A stretch of DNA of 63,753 bases, the filler included, from Basidioascus undulatus (taxonomy: Eukaryota): the NCBI GenBank assembly GCA_000826855.1. It is 13 parts of 13 records of this genome, joined end to end, with 100 filler letters (N's around TTAATTAATTAA, not from the genome) between each part and the next. Parts side by side here need not be neighbours in the genome. Positions count along the whole stretch, not along the records: positions 60,566 to 63,753 come from JTLS01002492.1; 12 more parts are not named here. One strand, written 5' to 3'. Both the position numbers and the translations under genes were made by a program. The notes below the pieces were generated by a model. That model was given only the letters and a program-made list of their open reading frames with translations. It searched no databases and was not told where the DNA came from. Below are positions 61,205-63,753 of the stretch, in pieces. The stretch's first letter is position 1. Each line of letters opens with the position of its first letter.

Positions 61205-62275
61205 TCACTGGATGTAGCCACTCTGGCAGCAGCGGCGGTCTGTTGTTCGGAAGTGAGACGCTGCGGGAAAGTGTGGCACTAGGGTGATGGATGGCACAAG
61301 TGGGTGGGTATCGGCGTACTGAGCAGTGGTTGTCCGGCAGACACCAGGGCGGGCGAGATGAATTACTCCTGTTATGAGGTTGTGGGTCAGCGGTGCCAGG
61401 CACGGGTGAGCGGTGGGGAGATCATCACATTTACGTTCGAGAGCAGGATTACATGTCAACGCGATCCGCCTTGTTATCCCAGTTTCCACCGTAAGTATAG
61501 CTCTGCTTGCTGAGATCGCCGTATGCCGAACCAAGCGGGCAGATGAATTCGGGGTCGGGCATCCAGTCCCTGCAAAAAGAAAAACAGCGTGAAAGTCAGC
61601 AAACTGAGGAGATATGCCACCGACAATTTCTTAAAGAAATGACACAGCTGTTATAGTCACTAAGAAATTGTCGGTGGCAGTCGTCTCGTCCATCGCCGTC
61701 ATAGCATGGTACAAATTTCCAAAGTCGCGGATTTCGATCGGCCGAAATCTGCACTCGACAAACCGGGGTGAGCTGCTACTTGATCAGGCGCCCGCGGAGG
61801 TACGCTTGCGTCAGCTTCCAAACGAGCACTGAGGTCTCGTGTTCCTTCGAGTCCATAGCGAGCAGGGCAAGCCAAACTTCGCCTACTACCGGGCCCCCCG
61901 TTCCCAGAGCCCTCGTTTGTAGGGAGCGGGGGTGGGAGTAGATCTGGCAAAAGCGTTGGCAACCTCCAGAGAAGTCGTCGTCGGTGTCCACGTACCAGCC
62001 CGGTGTGCACGGGATGGACTATGTTACTTCTGCGAAGAGATCCATGCATTCCAAGTACTCATGCGAGCGTCAATGCATACCATGACCGACATCCCCTCGA
62101 GGTGAGCGAGGATGGACTCAGCAAGGAACCGCGCCCCGTGTGCGAGATGGTCCAGTGCCTGTTGTCGACCAGGCCGGCTGCTCACAATGAGCTGCGAGGA
62201 GCGCTCGCCGCCTCCTGGGAGGCTGGCTGACTCTCATTGTTTGGGACAGCGGGTTCCGAAGGTGCCACAAGAGGG
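61205..62275 (-). pseudogene. Heavily decayed Ser/Thr protein kinase
   Basis: Subdomain remnants in canonical order but in different frames: CGTFGT, AESILAHL, HEYLECMDLF, TRDLS, ADFGRSK, CPTP/EFICP, KAD..GVI. Confidence 0.5.
61615..61679. repeat. Perfect 19-bp inverted repeat (hairpin)
   Basis: TGCCACCGACAATTTCTTA (61615-61633) and TAAGAAATTGTCGGTGGCA (61661-61679), 27-nt spacer. Confidence 0.95.
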
Positions 62276-62859
62276 CATACCTGTGCACCCTGCGGAGGTG
62301 AGGGGGTATTCGTAGACTTCGCATTTCCCATGGGCACCATAGTCATGGACTGCGTGAGTGCTATCAGAAACGGCCACGCGTTCGAGGTTAGTGCGCTACC
62401 GGAGGGCGAGGCCACGTAATTTTCAAGGCCCGCAGCTTCACGAGGTAGAGATTGTCCAGTATTGGGTCTACGTTCGAATCCCTTTGTCTGCCAGGCAGGA
62501 CTGACGACGCCCGCTAGGGATGAAAAAGCTCCAAATGCCGCCCTTCGACCGTCTGGGGGCTGCCAGATGGCTGTAGTTTCCAAAGGCCTCTCACCATCCG
62601 CCTGGTCTGCTCAGGACAGACTGGATATAAGTCGTGCTCATAGACCACAGTCAATCCTGCAGGCTCCGCCCCTGCACCACAGAGTGCACGGAAGAGTACA
62701 CAAGTACAGGGACTGGCACGCTCGTACGGGCCCCGACGAGACGCATTGCGGAGGCGAGGTTGCGGTCCTTTTCTACGACCCTACGGGGGGCTACCTCGTT
62801 GCACCTGGGGCCTCCGTTATTGAGAGGAGCGCTGTCAGCTCTCCCGCTCGTCCCCACAT

Positions 62860-63753
62860 ATCCCGCTCGGCACCATTCCGTTGCTTCGGTCTGCCAAGGG
62901 CATACCAACTCCACTACTAGCACCTCCGTCCAGCCCATATTCCCCAGTCCTGCACCATATGCATCTGTACAGTCCCACTCCAACGTACCCGTCCCAGTCT
63001 GCCAAGGGCAAGTCAGCTCGGCTCCTTGCGCACCGCTCCAGCCCGTATCTCCCAGCCCGGCCCTTCGTGCCTCAGCCCAACCAACAACCCCGGCAGCTCC
63101 GCCACAGGCACGCATCGCCCTGTTAGGAGCAGCAGCGTTCGCCGCCGCCGCTGCCCTCCCAGGTTCCACTACCTTCGCCATGCCCCTCCGTCAAGTCCTC
63201 AGCGACCTCACCGTCAACGCCACTAGCCAACCCACTCGTCCGGATAACCCATCCACCACCCCCCTTTCCGAACTTCTTCCGCCCCTCCCGGACCCCCCGG
63301 ACTACATCGACAACCTCCGCACCATCGTCCCTCCGGAGTATCACGACCTCCTCACGGCATTCTCCAAGACACAGGCAGACACGCTTCCCCCGCACCGTCC
63401 ATACGACCATGCTATCGACCTCGAACCCGGCACAAATCCCCCATTCGGCCCGCTATACTCCCTATCTGAGCCTGAGCTCAAGGAACTCTCAACATGGATC
63501 CAGGAAAATCTCTCGAAGGGGTTCATCCGCGCCTCAAAATCCCTTGCCGGCGCCCCGATCCTGTTCGTCAAGAAGAAGGACGGCTCGCTCCGCCTCTGCG
63601 TGATTACGTGGCCTCAACCGCATCACCATCAAGAATCGCTACCCACTTCCTCTTATATCGGAAACCCTCGCACCTCCGCGGCGCCAAAACCTTCACCAAA
63701 CTCGACCTCCGTGGCGCTTACAACCTCCTCCGTATCAAGTCCGGTGACGAATG
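62860..63753 (+). mobile_element. Ty3/Gypsy pol fragment (linker and reverse transcriptase N-terminus), frameshifted, runs off the window
   Basis: [71 protein letters not shown](D)Y(R)[24 protein letters not shown]. Confidence 0.95.

Overview
This is not one locus. It is 13 eukaryotic contigs joined by twelve artificial 100-nt spacers (44 N + TTAATTAATTAA + 44 N), and it begins with an Illumina adapter remnant. Twelve contigs are about 3.2 kb and one is 24 kb (29788-53865). The DNA is from an intron-rich, GC-rich fungus, most likely a basidiomycete (inferred from protein motifs and GTGCGT/GTGAGT/GTACGT...YAG introns), so the ORF track is fragmented; I rebuilt gene models by hand from splice signals. 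Recognisable genes: asparaginase-ankyrin protein, Spo73/Mug65-like dysferlin-domain protein, Mn-CDF transporter, PUF protein, FG nucleoporin with two C4 zinc fingers, clathrin heavy chain, UBL3/MUB-like protein, eIF3d, RING protein, MEF2-type MADS factor, aminoacylase-1, GPI-anchored CFEM protein, Rpt2, MrpL36, Snx3 and tRNA-Leu(AAG). There are also Ty3/Gypsy chromovirus remains and several pseudogenes. The most notable observations: (1) a Mup1-like permease gene cut into two oppositely oriented halves by a ~2.56-kb inversion; (2) a GC-rich, apparently nuclear, I-SceI-type LAGLIDADG endonuclease remnant; (3) a solo LTR with a 5-bp target-site duplication nested in a CpG-hypermutated chromovirus, next to an 18-bp palindromic-core array; (4) a 19-bp perfect hairpin in an intron of a decayed protein kinase; (5) an FG-Nup with duplicated atypical RanBP2-type zinc fingers. 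I found no evidence for a complete novel multi-gene system, and gene adjacency across spacers has no biological meaning. All family calls come from motif recognition by eye, without database searches.
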